A stretch of 64,000 bases of DNA from Octopus vulgaris. Its lineage: Eukaryota. Both the position numbers and the translations under genes were made by a program. The notes under the pieces were generated by a model. The model was not told the origin of the DNA and did not search any database. It saw nothing but the letters and a program-made list of their open reading frames with translations. This document shows, in pieces, positions 24,872-37,410 of this stretch. The stretch covers positions 25,048,001-25,112,000 of the forward strand of contig OX597838.1 in NCBI GenBank assembly GCA_951406725.2. Direction: 5' to 3'. How positions within the stretch are numbered: the first letter of the stretch is position 1; each line of letters starts with the position of its first letter.

Positions 24872-25791
24872 CCTTTTTACTATAGGCACAAGGCCCAAAA
24901 TTTTGGTGGAGGGGGCTAGTCAATTAGCTCAACTCCAGTACACAACTGGTACTTAATTTATCGATCCCCCTCCCAAAGGATGAAAAGAAAAGGATGGAAT
25001 AGAAATAAAAGGAACAAGAAAAATTGAACAGCTACAATGATTTGAAGTGGGAAATATGAAGATTGTAGTCAATGAGGAGAGTAGCTGCGATGCCAATAGT
25101 AATTGGTGTACTTGGAAGTATCAGCACTCAACTACCGACATGGCTCAAAAATATTGGTACAAATGTAAAGATAGAACACCTTCGAAAATCAGCATTGCTT
25201 GGAACTGCAAGAATTCTTCACAGGGTTCTTGAAGCATGACCAGTAAACAAATGTCACCTTGGTCTGCTGGTTGCCGACAGCTGACACTTTCCATCATATC
25301 TAGCAAAATAAGCTGAGAGTTTTCATCAAATAGTAATGGTTTCAAATTTTGGCACAAGGCCAGCAAGTTCAGGGGACTTGGGTAAGTCAATTACATCGAC
25401 CCCACCCCCTCCCCAGGGTTCAACTGGTATTTATTTTATCAACCCCTGAAAGGATGAAAGGCAAAGTTGATCTCAGCAGAATTTCAACTCGGAATGTAAG
25501 ATGGATGAAATACCACTAAGCATGTTAACAGTTGTGCCAGCTCACCGCCTTCTTAACAGCTAATAATACTGGTTTCGAATTTTGACACAAGGCCAGTAAG
25601 TTCGAGGCGGGGGGGGGGAGAGTCAGTTGTATCGATCCAGTATTCAAGTGATAGTCATTTTATCAACTGACCCCAAAAGGATGAAAGACAAAGTTGAACT
25701 CGGAGGAAGATGGACTCAGAACATAAAGATGGACAAAATACCGCTAAGCATTTTGTCTGGCATGCTAACGATTCTGCCAGCTCACTGCCTT
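24333..25791 (-). mobile_element. Cluster of about five co-oriented SINE B copies separated by (TAA)n, containing an R4/Dong fragment
   Basis: Copies at about 24333, 24621, 24871, 25338 and 25570. (TAA)n at 24552-24621 and 24838-24871. Confidence 0.85.
24997..25330 (+). pseudogene. R4/Dong-clade LINE 3' end (restriction-like endonuclease C-terminus)
   Basis: EQEKLNSYNDLKWEI*RL*SMRRVAAMPIVIGVLGS...HLRKSALLGTARILHRVLEA*, with the stop at 25237-25239. Confidence 0.85.
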
Positions 25792-26158
25792 AGATCAGTA
25801 TATGATATTGACATGAATACTCAGACACACCCAGATAATAAACACACACACACACACATACATATGTATCACATATTTACACACCCATATACATATATGT
25901 GTATAAATACATACAGATATATACATATTTACACAGCCATATACATACACACACGCACACACACACACATATATATATGTATGTATATATATATATATAC
26001 GTCTGTAAATGTAATATGTGGCAATTATTCGGTAGCCATGATAAAACTTCGGTATCATAGCTACCGAATAATTGTCACATATTACATTTACAGATAAATT
26101 CCTCTATTTACATAATATCGAGGTCTCTTTCTTTCTTTTGTTGTCTTACCATTTTTAT

Positions 26159-26192
<34 letters not shown>

Positions 26193-26677
26193 GCATAACA
26201 CACAGACACACAAACACACAAACATATATATATATAAATATATGCATAAATATAAACTAAAGGTGGTGCTCCAGCATGGCCACAGTCAAATGACTGAAAC
26301 AAGTAAAAGAATAATATATACATATATACACACACACACATATATACAAGCTAAAGTGAAATAAAGAATTTGGTGCCTAGCAGCAACAGAACAAAAATTG
26401 TCAACAACCTTCTTCTCTTTTATCTTTTACTTGTTTCAGTCATACTGACTGTGGCCATGCTGGGGCACCACCTTGAAGGTTTTTTTCTCTTTAGTCAAAC
26501 AAATTGACCTCAGGACGTTTTTTTTAAAAGCCTAGTACTTATTCTATTGGTCCTTTCTGCAGATCCACTAAGCTATGGGGATGTAAACACACCAACACTA
26601 GTTGACAAGCAGTGGTTGGTGTGGGGGGGGGGGACGCAGACACAAAGACACACATAGATATATGCAAAGACTGTATG

Positions 26678-27088
26678 TAGGAGTGGCTGTGTGGTAAGTA
26701 GCTTGTTTACCAACCACATGGTTCTGGGTTCAGTCCCACTGCATGACACCTTGAGCAAGTGTCTTTTACTATAGCCTCAGGTCGACCAAAGCCTTGAGTG
26801 GATTTGGTAGACAGAAACTGAAAGAAGCCCGTCGTATAAATGTATACATGTATGTATGTGTGTGTGTGTATGTTTGTGTGTCTGTGCTTGTCCCCCCACC
26901 CCCACACCGCTTGACAACTGATGCTGGTGTGTTTACGTCACTGTAACTTCGCGGTTTGGCATAAGAGACCAATGGAATAAGTACTAGGCTTACAAAGAAT
27001 AAGTCCTGGGGTTGATTTGCTCGACTAAAGGCGGTGCTCCAGCATGGCCACAGTCAAATGACTGAAACAGGTAAAGGAGTAAAAGAGT
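26678..27088 (+). mobile_element. Full-length SINE family A (inverted partner at 26420-26650)
   Basis: Head-to-tail match to the other copies. Confidence 0.88.
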
Positions 27089-27656
27089 AGGTCAGCAGGT
27101 GACTTAAGAGTGAGACAAAGGCTTATGGGTTGGTTTAGCATGAGGAAAGTTCAATGAGATTGTCTTGTTTCATCTGTCTGCTGTAACCACATCTCTAAGG
27201 AATTGATACAGCAGTCAGTGACTGATCTCAACTGGTTCAGTCTATATACATCACATCAGCTGCCAGTAGCTAAGTAACCTTTGTTAAACTGATGACTTTA
27301 TGCTGATTATTATCATCCCAGCCGAGCACCAGAGACTGACTCTCTGGAGACTTTCAACTAGAGATAAACACACACACACACACCCTCACAGCAGAAACAA
27401 AAAGAAAACCACAAGATTATGAAAGCCACCAGGGAACCAGATTAGCTTACCATATGCAAAGCCAAGATATCAAACTGACCTAGGGTCACAAGTTTTCAAT
27501 TATCTGGGCTTTGTTGTCAACCAAACAGCTGACTGAGTCAGCCTTCATATGAGAAGATCAACCCTGAGGTCACTCAGTACATTATGAAGAGGTTATACTC
27601 TAGGTAAAACCATTGAGTTGAAACTTTTAAAAAGCTTGGTCTAAACAACAGCATTG

Positions 27657-27877
27657 TACAAAGGGGTGCTAAAAAGTTCATGGCTTTAAGGGTGTCACAA
27701 AAGGCCTGGTTGGAGGCCCAACCTTCTGAGTTCTTTTACAGGGCTTAGAAAAACTGAAGGACCACTGCAATAAGTGTGTGAACCTGAGAGCAAAATATGT
27801 TGGATAAAATCATAATTAACTTATCCTCCCCTATTTTCTTTTACCCAAAGCTAGGTACTTTTCAGCACACCTTCATA
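27657..27877 (+). mobile_element. Mariner-derived MITE
   Basis: TA-flanked imperfect TIRs GGGGTGCTAAAAAGT and ACTTTTCAGCACACC. Internal LQGLEKLKDHCNKCVNLRAKYV* resembles a mariner transposase C-terminus. Confidence 0.78.
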
Positions 27878-27927
27878 TAGGTGTTGAAATATTACCTTCT
27901 TAATAAAAAAGCATTTCACCAATAAGT

Positions 27928-28338
27928 CTTTTACTCTTTTACTTGTTTCTGTCATTTGACTGCGGCCATGCTGGAACACCGCCCTTAGTCGAGCAAATCG
28001 ACCCCCAGCACTTCTTTGTAAGCCTAGTACTTATTCTATCAGTCTCTTTTGCCAAATAGCTAAGTTACAGGGACGTAAACACACCAGCATCGGTTGTCAA
28101 GCGATGTTTTTTTTTGGGGGGGGGGGAATACAGACACACAGACACACATACACGCATATATATACATATATACGACGGGCTTCTTTTCAGTTTCCGTCTA
28201 CCAAATCCACTCACAAGGCTTTGGTTGGCCCGAGGCTATGTTAGAAGACACTTGCCCAAGGTGCCACGTAGTGGGAATGAACCCGGAACCATGTGGTTGG
28301 TAAGCAAGCTACTTACCACACAGCCACACCTGCACCTA
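27928..28338 (-). mobile_element. Full-length SINE family A
   Basis: Complete reverse copy. Confidence 0.9.
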
Positions 28339-29499
28339 TAACTATATAAGATATTATAATAGAACTATGATGATACTCAAAATTCTTTACTATGGCTAAA
28401 AATTATGCTATTTTACCCACGTGTGCAGGCATGGCTGTGATAAGCAGAAGCAGAGATGCATAGTTAAGAAGTTTATTTCTCAAATATGTAGTTTTAGGTT
28501 TGGTCCCACTGAATGGCACCTTGGGGGAGCAAGTGACATCTGCTACAGTCTTGGGACAACCAAAATCTTGTGAGCAGATTTGGCAAATGGAAACTGGAAG
28601 AAGCTCATCAAATGTGTGAGTGCATATGTGTGTGTGTGTGCATGTCTTGTATGATAGTTGTAAATGAGTGTCACTGTTATACAAGCAGTGTTGTTCATTT
28701 TCAATCTTCTGGAGGGCTAGAGAGGGGAAGGGCACATGCATATTTGTGTATGTGTGTATGTGTGTGCTTGTGTTGTGTTTGTGTTGTGTTTGTCCTCACC
28801 ACCACCACCACAACATGACAACCGGTGTTGGTTAGTTTATGTCCCCCATAACTTAGCAGTTCAGCAAGAGAGATAGAACAAGTGTCAGGCTTAAAAATAG
28901 TTACTGGGGTTGATTTTTTCGCTAAAATTCTTCAAAGCAGTGCCCCAGCATGGCTAAGGCAGATAAAAGATATATATATAAATATATACTTAATACACAC
29001 ACACACATACACACCAGGCTTCCTCACAGTTTCTATCTACCAAATTCACTCTGCTAAAAATGTTTTTTAGCAGGGCTTAAAAATAATTACTGGGGTTGAT
29101 TTGTTCAACTAAACCCTTGAAGGTGGTGCCCCAGCATGGCCACAGTCCAATGGCGGAAAACAAGCGAAAGATAAGACATATAACATTTGTCTGGCACCAG
29201 CATTTTTCCACTGCATCCGTTTGATTGCTTAACTTGCTTGCCTTCACTCGAGTGTTCACCCTGGTATCTTGGAAAGTTCAAATATTTGTATGCTAGAAAG
29301 TTTTTTTTAGGTTTTTTTTGTTTTTTTTTTGCGAGTAGAAAGTTCAAATATTATTTTTTCATCAATAAATTACTGAAATTTAGCAAATTAGCAAAATGAA
29401 TAAAAGAAAATTACTCCTTTCATTGTTTTTCTCCAAAATTTTGCTCTTTTAAAACCAATTATTCGGATATAAAACATGACCCAGCGCTGTGTTGTATGT

Positions 29500-29610
29500 C
29501 ATATGCCATGAAAACTACAGGTTATATGGAAACAAAACAGAAATAATTATATCGGCACACATCGTTACATAGCAACACTATTTCTTTCAGATATTGGTTG
29601 CTATAATTAT
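29500..29610. promoter_or_regulatory. Cluster of RFX X-box-like motifs in unique sequence
   Basis: GTTATATGGAAAC (29521-29533), GTTACATAGCAAC (29564-29576), and partial sites TGCCATGAAAAC (29504-29515) and GTTGCTAT (29597-29604). Confidence 0.35.
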
Positions 29611-29839
29611 AGCTAGTAATATAAAATATATTCAACCACCAATAACATGTCTAGATATAACAGAGTAATCCGTAATATAAATGCTATTCACATTCTGTAA
29701 TAACAGCAGAAAATATGGCGAAATGCTGACCAACAATGTAACTATAACAGTTAGTGTCTTTTACCATTTTGATTTTTATTTGTTTCAGTCATTAGACTAT
29801 GGCCATGTTGGAGCACCAACTAAAAGAAATTTAGTCGAA

Positions 29840-30400
29840 TAGGCGCAGGAGTGGCTGTGTGATAAGTAGCTTCTCTTTTAGAGAAGCGGAAGTCGACGGG
29901 CGCTTTCGTCTTCTCCCATCACCATCTTTGTTCCATCACCATCATTCACACCATCAATGTCTACGTCCAGCCTGCAAAGCTACATCTATGTACTGCCTTC
30001 ATGGCAAATTAAATGAATAAAAGTAGCTTGCTTACCAACCACATGGTTCCGGGTTCAGTCCCACTGCGTGGCACCTTGGGCAAGTGTCTTCTACTATAGC
30101 CTTGGGCCGACCAAAGCCTTGTGAGTGGATTTGGTAGACAGAAACTGAAAGAAGCCCATCGTATATATGTATATATATGTGTGTGTGTATACGTTTGTGT
30201 ATCTGTGTTTGTCCCCCCAACATCGCTTGACAACTGATGTTGGTGTGTTTACGTCCCCGTAACTTAGAGGGTTCAGCAAAAGAGACCAATAGAATAAGTA
30301 CTAGGCTTACAAAGAATAAGTCCTGGGGTCGATTTGCTCAACTAAAGGTGGTGCTCCAGCATGGCCATAGTCAAATGACTGAAACAAGTAAAAGAGTAGA
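29840..30400 (+). mobile_element. SINE A nested in an opposite-strand SINE A and itself interrupted by a 148-bp insert
   Basis: Host minus copy at about 29775-29840 plus 30409-30708. Insert at 29873-30020 with TSD AAGTAGCTT. Confidence 0.85.
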
Positions 30401-31040
30401 AGAGAGAGAATGAATCAACCCTGGAGCTTATTATTTTTTTGTAAAGCCTGGTATTTATTCTATGGGTCTCTTTTGCCGAAGTGTTAAGTTACAAGGACAT
30501 AAACACACCAACAATAGGTGTCAAGCGGTTGTGGAGGGCACACACACACACACAATGGGCTTCTTTCAGTTTCCATCTACCAGATCTACTCACAAGGCCT
30601 CAGGTCAGCGTGAGGCTATAGTTGAAGACACTTATCCAAGGTGCTACACAGTAGGACTGAAACCAGAATCAAGTGATTGTGAAGCAAGATTCTTACCACA
30701 CAGCCACTAGCCACATATTGTGTACTACAAATTATATTCAAACACTAGCCACATGTGGTGGTTCACAGAATATAAATCCAGCTTCTCACAGCATGTGTAT
30801 ATATAATAGTTAGTAGCATAGCTAGAGTGGGGCTCAGGGGGCAGTCTGCTTGGATGGCACTTTTATGGGGCAGCACCACTTTTGGGTCTACTGTACCAGC
30901 CTTAAAAAAAAAAAAGAGACAGAGGTCGATTCATTTGACTAAAAATTCTTCAAAGCAGTGCCCCAGCATGGCCACAGTCTAATGACTGAAACAGGTAAAA
31001 TATAAAAGAATAGTATGAAACAGTTTCTTCTTCTTCTTCT

Positions 31041-31460
31041 TCATCGTCGTCGTTTAACGTTCACTTTCCATGCTAGCATGGGTTGGACGATTTGACTGAG
31101 GACTGGCAAACCTGATGGCTGCACCAGGCTCCAATCTGATCTGGCAGAGTATCTACTGTTGGATGCCCTTCCTAACGCCAACCACTCCAAGTGTGCAAAA
31201 GGTGCTTTTACGTGCTCCCGGCACGAGGGCCTGTCAGGCAGTACTGGCAACGGCCATGCTCAAATGGTGTTTTTTTACGTGCCACCTGCACAGGAGCCAG
31301 TTCAGCGGCACTGGCAACGACCTTGCTCGAATGTTTTCTTCACATCCCACCGGCACATATGCCAGTAAGGCGAAGCTGGCAACGATCATGCTCGAATGGT
31401 GCTTTTTACGTGCCACCGGCACGGAAGCCAGTCAGCTGCTCTGGCAACGATCATGCTGAG
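31041..31460 (-). mobile_element. Family C (RTE 3' UTR) with tandem units
   Basis: Same tail and core as 12054, with repeated GGCAACGA...GCTCGAATG units. Confidence 0.85.
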
Positions 31461-31676
31461 ATGATGCTCTTACATATAGATATAGTTATTAATACAAAAT
31501 CTGCATCAAAATACTGGTGAGATTTGTAGATGTAATCATCAGCAGTACAACACATACCTTCAAATGCTAACTCCATCATTTTCCTCATTGCGTTCACATC
31601 CACTTTTCCATGCTTGCATGGCTCAGACAATTTGAGGCAGATTTTCTACAGCCTTCACTCATTTCCAAGAAAAGTA

Positions 31677-31909
31677 TTGGGCTGGTACATAATTATTGTG
31701 GCATTTTTTCAACAAAAACAATAACAACATGTAACAAAAACATCTTTAAATGATTATTCCGGAGCATATTCACCATCAACTTCAATTACTGCTTCCTATT
31801 TCCAATTACTGCAGACCGCCATTTAAAGATGTTTTTGTTAAATATTGTTATTGATTTTGTTGAATAAAATTTGTTGAAAAAAAGCTGCAATAATTATGCA
31901 CCAACCCAA
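31677..31909. mobile_element. Mariner MITE with TA TSD
   Basis: TIRs TTGGGCTGGTACATAATTATTG and CAATAATTATGCACCAACCCAA with extended inner inverted arms. The minus strand carries an EAVIEVDGEYAPE* transposase C-terminal remnant. Confidence 0.9.
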
Positions 31910-32451
31910 TAATATTTCTCCGTGGCAATACATATTCCATGCAAGACTTGAAATAAAGGACATTGCTTTATAACACATACGACAGATAGATTCCACAAAA
32001 ACCACTTATTTGCAACTATCATGCTATGTCAAAGCAAGGAGACAGTAACACACACACACACACTTATAGATATGACAGCATTAGGAAGATCATCTAACCA
32101 TAGAAACCACGCCACATCAGACTGGAACTTGGTGCAGCGCACCGGCTTGCCACTTCCAGTCAAACCGTCTAACCCCATGCTAGCATGGAAAGCAAACATT
32201 AAATGATGATGATGGACTTCTTTCAGTTTCCATCAACCAAATCCACTTACAAAGCTTTGGTTGTCTAAGGAATATAACAGATGCCCAAGATGACATGCAG
32301 TGGGACAGAACCATAAACCATGCAGTTGGTAAGCAAACTTCTTACCACACAGCCAGGTGTGCACCTCTATGGAGAGACTGTTTCCCTTTGCTCTCATTTG
32401 TTAAGTTTTGGGTTGATAAAATATTACTTCTGATTGTCCAACAGAATGAAA

Positions 32452-32956
32452 CTGACAAGTTTACATCAAACACAGCTCTGTATCATCACTAAGGTATCAA
32501 ATTGGTCACATATAAGGCAGAGTTCAGCTCAACAGTAGTAAAAAAATTGTTATATAAGCATGACAGAAGGTCAATTTAAGCAAAGATTCTATAAACAGTT
32601 ATTATCATTTGAATACTCAGACAACTAAATACCTACAACATTGAAAAGCCATATATGATCCTGACAAGCTTACATCAAACATGGCCTTATCTCATCACAA
32701 AAACATCATGATCATATATAAGGTAGAGTTCAGTTCAACAGTGGTGAAAAAATATCATACAGGCATGATAAAAGGTCAGTTTAAGCAAAGATTCTATCAA
32801 CAGTTATTATTATTTAAATACTCAAACAACCATACATCCATGACATTGAGAAGCTATATATGGTCCTTGAAAGATAGAAAGATTGACCAGGACATTGAAT
32901 GGAATATGATCAAGAAACTAAAGACCCAAATGAATATAAGCGCAAATTCTGCGTAA
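32452..32956 (+). pseudogene. Penelope-like element GIY-YIG endonuclease remnant, tandemly duplicated (209-bp period)
   Basis: IIYKVEFSSTVVKKYHTGMIKGQFKQRFYQQ...TLRSYIWSLKDRKIDQDIEWNMIKK fits the PLE GIY-YIG pattern (IYK...YxG...FKxR...LSxYIWxLK). Units start at 32452 and 32661. Confidence 0.8.
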
Positions 32957-32999
32957 CACATACAACAGATAGATTCCACAAAAACCTTTTGCCTCTATT

Positions 33000-33438
33000 G
33001 TCTTGATCTTCTTGTCTTGAGACAGCATTCACCGGGGGTGGGTTGAGCTGGCTTCATTCATCCTCAAAGCTGCATCTCTCACATCTCCCCACTAAAGGCC
33101 AACCCCGCCTCATCGTGGTAAGGGGGTGAAATGGGAGTGTCAGAGCTATGCCGTTGGGGACTTCGGTTTCTGGTAGGGCCACCCAAGGCGGATTGTTCTG
33201 AAACCCAGCAGTATCAGGGCCGCACCTGGCTAACGGGGCTCTGGTGAACAAAAGCGTCTGATCCGGGAACCGGCAGCTTCAACCCATCCTGTCCCTGCAT
33301 CTGCGGAAAATCTACGGCAAACAAGACGTTCTCCCAACAGGGATATACTTGCAGCTGGAGACCGCTAGCGAACTTCCATTTCCCAAGATCCTCCAAACAT
33401 TCCTTATGTACATCTCACCTTCTTCAATGACAAACCCC
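33000..33438 (+). mobile_element. RTE-clade 5' UTR-like fragment
   Basis: CCGCCTCATCGTGGTAAGGGGG...GAGCTATGCCG...GGTAGGGCCACCCAAGGCGG resembles, from memory, the conserved 5' module of BovB/Rex3-type RTEs. GC-rich. 12-bp direct repeat TTTGCCTCTATT at 32988-32999 and 33439-33450. Confidence 0.6.
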
Positions 33439-33679
33439 TTTGCCTCTATTCTTTGTATCAAAGTATAAAACATTCTACAGTTTATCTTCATTGATATACA
33501 TACTTACTCAGAAGTAAGACAATAGAATACAAGAATTTTAATGATGGTCTACACAGGGAAATACTTAAGCTGAGAATATTCATGACATTTCATTGTTTCC
33601 CATGTCACTTTTATAGGCGCAGGCTTGACTATGTGGTTAAGAAGGTTTACTTTGCATGTTTAGTAAATATGTGTGTGTA

Positions 33680-33930
33680 TTTGCACTATGTGTGTGTGTG
33701 TGTTTGTGTGTGTCTATGTCCATGTCTGTGAGTATATGTCCATGTATATGTGCTTGCGAGTGTGTATGTATGTGTAAATGCTTGCATGTGAATGTGTATG
33801 TGTATATGCATGTGTGTGTTTGTGTGTGTCTATGTCCATGTCTGTGAGTATACGTCCATGTATATGTACTTGCGAGTGTGTATGTATGTGTAAAAGCTTG
33901 CATGTGAATGTGTACATGTATATGCATGCG
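33680..33930. repeat. 120-bp tandem duplication within a (TG)n field
   Basis: GTCTATGTCCATGTCTGTGAGTATA...GCTTGCATGTGAATGTGTA occurs twice, 120 bp apart. Confidence 0.85.
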
Positions 33931-35120
33931 TGTGTGTATATGTATGCATATGTGTATATGCGTGTGTGTGTGTGTGTAAGTATGCTGGCGTATGTGAGCA
34001 TGTTATTGCTTGTGTGTGTGTGTGTATGCAAGTATGCTTGTCTGCTTGCATGTGTGTGTCTGTGTTTGTGTGTATATGTAATGCTCGCGTATGTGCGTGT
34101 GTCTATAGTCTTGTGTGTTTATGTATGTATGTGTGAATTTGCGCCACATATTAGTTTTGTGTGTGTATATATATATGTGTATGTTTGTTACATGTGAGTG
34201 TAAATATATATGTGTTTACGTATGTATAAATGTGCGGGGGCCGTATTGATCCATTCAGTTAGTTCCCTTACAAGAAATCATTTTAATAGACATCTCAAGA
34301 TCGATAAAGACAGAAAATAAACAAGATACCACCACCACCACAACTACTACCACCTCTGCTACAACTACTACTACTACCACCACTACTACTGCCACTACAA
34401 CCACCACCACTACTACTACCACCACCACTACTAAAAAGTATGACAGCCACCCCTACTACCATACACTATTACTACTACTATTACTACTACTACCACAACC
34501 ACCACCACTGCAACTACTACCACCTCTGCTACAACAACTATTACTACTACTACCACCACTACTTACTACCACTACAACTACTCACCACCACTAAAAATAT
34601 AACAGCCACCCCTACTACCATACACTACTACTACTACTACTACCACTACCACTAAAAATATAACAGCCACCCCTACTACCATACACTACTACTACTACTA
34701 CTACCACTACCACCAGCATTATCATCTCAAATTCTTTTCACCCACTCTCTACTGTTATCATCACATATATTACTATAGCCACCCTCACCACAACCATCAA
34801 TACTACCACCTGCCACTTCAAATACTACTACTACTACCACCACTGCTGCCACTACTGAAATAATCAGCACTCCACCACCACCACCACTACTACTGATAAC
34901 AACAACAACAACAGTGCTACAAACCCCACCATTACTACTCACAACCACTACCAATACTACACTTACTACTACTACTACTACTACCATTACCACCACAGCC
35001 ACCACCATCACCACTACCAATATTACTGCACACATCGACACTGTTACCACTATTATTATCCCAAACCACAACCTCTACCACCATATCCACCACCACTATA
35101 TCTGCTACCACCATTACTAC

Positions 35121-35354
35121 CTATTTCTTTACTACCCACAAGGGGCTAAACACAGAGAGGACAAACAAGGACAGACACACGGATTAAGTCGATTATATCG
35201 ACCCCAGTGCGTAACTGGTACTTAATTTATCGACCCCAAAAGGATGAAAGGCAAAGTCGACCTCGGTGGAATTTGAACTCAGAACGTAACGGCAGACGAA
35301 ATACCGCTAAGCATTTCGCCCGGCGTGCTAACGTTTCTCCCAGCTCACCGCCTT
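35121..35354 (-). mobile_element. Full-length SINE family B within a (CAC/TAC)n tract
   Basis: Head-to-tail match. Confidence 0.9.
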
Positions 35355-35545
35355 TACTACCACCATATCCACCACCACCACCACAACTACCACCACCACC
35401 ACCGCCATATCTGACACTACAACAATAGAACAAGTACCAGGTTAAAAAAATGAGTTCTAGGGTTGAATCTTCAAGGTAGTGCTCCAGTATGGCTACAGTT
35501 TAATGACTAAAACAGATAACAGATAAAGGAAAAAAATGAAACATA

Positions 35546-35583
<38 letters not shown>

Positions 35584-36440
35584 TACACAAACACACAATG
35601 TAATGAATTTCTGCTAGAACTTTTCTGTTCCTTTTTTAAGGTAAGGTCACTGGACAAGACCCATGCTTGCTTGCATCAGTCCAGCGATATGCAAACAATC
35701 ATTCCTCAAACTAAAGCAGTTCTAATGAACACTCCACCACCACCACCACCTGTGTCCCTCTGCGACTTTCCCCTTCTCTGTTGGCCTATGATTTCCCAGT
35801 ACGCAATAAACTGGCAGAAGATCAGATGGAATATCAACTGCATCGACCTTGTTACTGCATTGTGGTTGAGGTGGGGGGGTGATGTATCCAATATACTGGT
35901 GCAGGCATGGTCATGTGGTAAGAAGCTTGCTTCTCATCCCTGTGGTTTTGAGTTCAATCCCACTGGCAAGTGTTTTCTATTTTTCTATTATAGCACAAGG
36001 CCTTGCAATTGGATTTGGTAGATGGAAACTGATAGAGGACCATCATATATATATGTCTCTCTCTCTCTGTTACACTGTAACCTTTCATCATCTGACACAA
36101 GATCACCTCCTCCAATGACCCCCTCCCCACTCAAAAATTCCTTGTCTTGCAAGATACTTGGTGACTCTGCTGGTGCTGGTGCCATGTAAAAAGCATCCAG
36201 TCCACACTGTAAAGTGGTTGGGAAGTGGAAGAGCATCCGGCCATAAAAACCATGCCAAAACTGACCTCACCTGTGCTGGTGCCACATAAAAAGCACTCAG
36301 CCCACTGTGCCAGGTGGTTGGAAGGACATCCAGCTGTGGAAACCATGCCAAAACAGATACAGAAGTCTGGTGCAGGCTCATGCCTGGCCATCCCCTGTCA
36401 AACTGTCCAACCCATTCCAGCATGGAAAGTGGATGTATAT

Positions 36441-37258
36441 ATCATCATCATTATCACCATCATCATCATCGTTTAATGTTTGCTTTCCATGCTCGCATGG
36501 GTTGGAAGGTTTGACTGAGGGCTGGCAAGCCAGGAGGCTGCATGATCTGGCAAGCTGATCTGGCAAGGTTTCTACGGCTGGATGCCCTTCCGAACACCAA
36601 CCACTCTGAGAGTGTGGTGGGTGCTTTTTACATACTACTGGCATGGGAGCCAGTCAAGTGGCACTGGCATCGACCACATTCGTAGGGTGCAATTTACATG
36701 CCACTGGCATGGGGACCAGTACAGAGGGACTGGCATCGACCACGCTTGAATGGTGCTTTTTATGTGCTGCTAGCACGGATGCCAATCATGCTGTACTGGC
36801 ATCAATCACGACAATGATTTCACTTGATTCAGCAGGTCTTCTCAGCAGGTTTATTGCCCAATGGGCCGGTTATGTGACACAGGCATAAGCCACAGTTATG
36901 GTCTCATTTGGCTTGCTGGGTCTTCTCAAGCACAGCATATCTCCCAAGGTCTTGGTCACTTGTCATTGCCTCCATGAGGCCCACCGTTCGAAGGTTATGT
37001 TTCACCACCTCATCCCAGGTCTTTCTGGGTCTATCTCTTCAACAAGATCCCTCCACTGTTAGGATGTGACACTTTTACACACAGCTCTCCACATCCATAC
37101 TTAACATATGACCATACCAGCACAGTCGTCTCTCTGGCACACCACATCTAATGCTTTTTATGTCCAACTTTTCTTTCAGGGCACTTACACTCTGTTGTGT
37201 ATGCACACTGACATTACACATCCAGTGGAGCATACTGGCTTTATTTCTTGCAAGCTTA
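36441..37258 (-). pseudogene. 5'-truncated RTE-clade LINE: ORF C-terminus joined to the family C 3' UTR
   Basis: Minus translation gives KLARNKASMLHWMCNVS, RRLCWYGHM and RDRPRKTWDEVV. It runs continuously into the family C UTR and (GAT)n tail. Confidence 0.85.
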
Positions 37259-37410
37259 CACTTACTTACTTACATGCATGCATGTATGCATCCATCCATC
37301 CATCCATCCATCCATGCATACATACATACATACATACATACATACATACATACATACATACATACATACATAATAAATAAATGAAGTTAAATGCAAGTGT
37401 TATTCAAATT

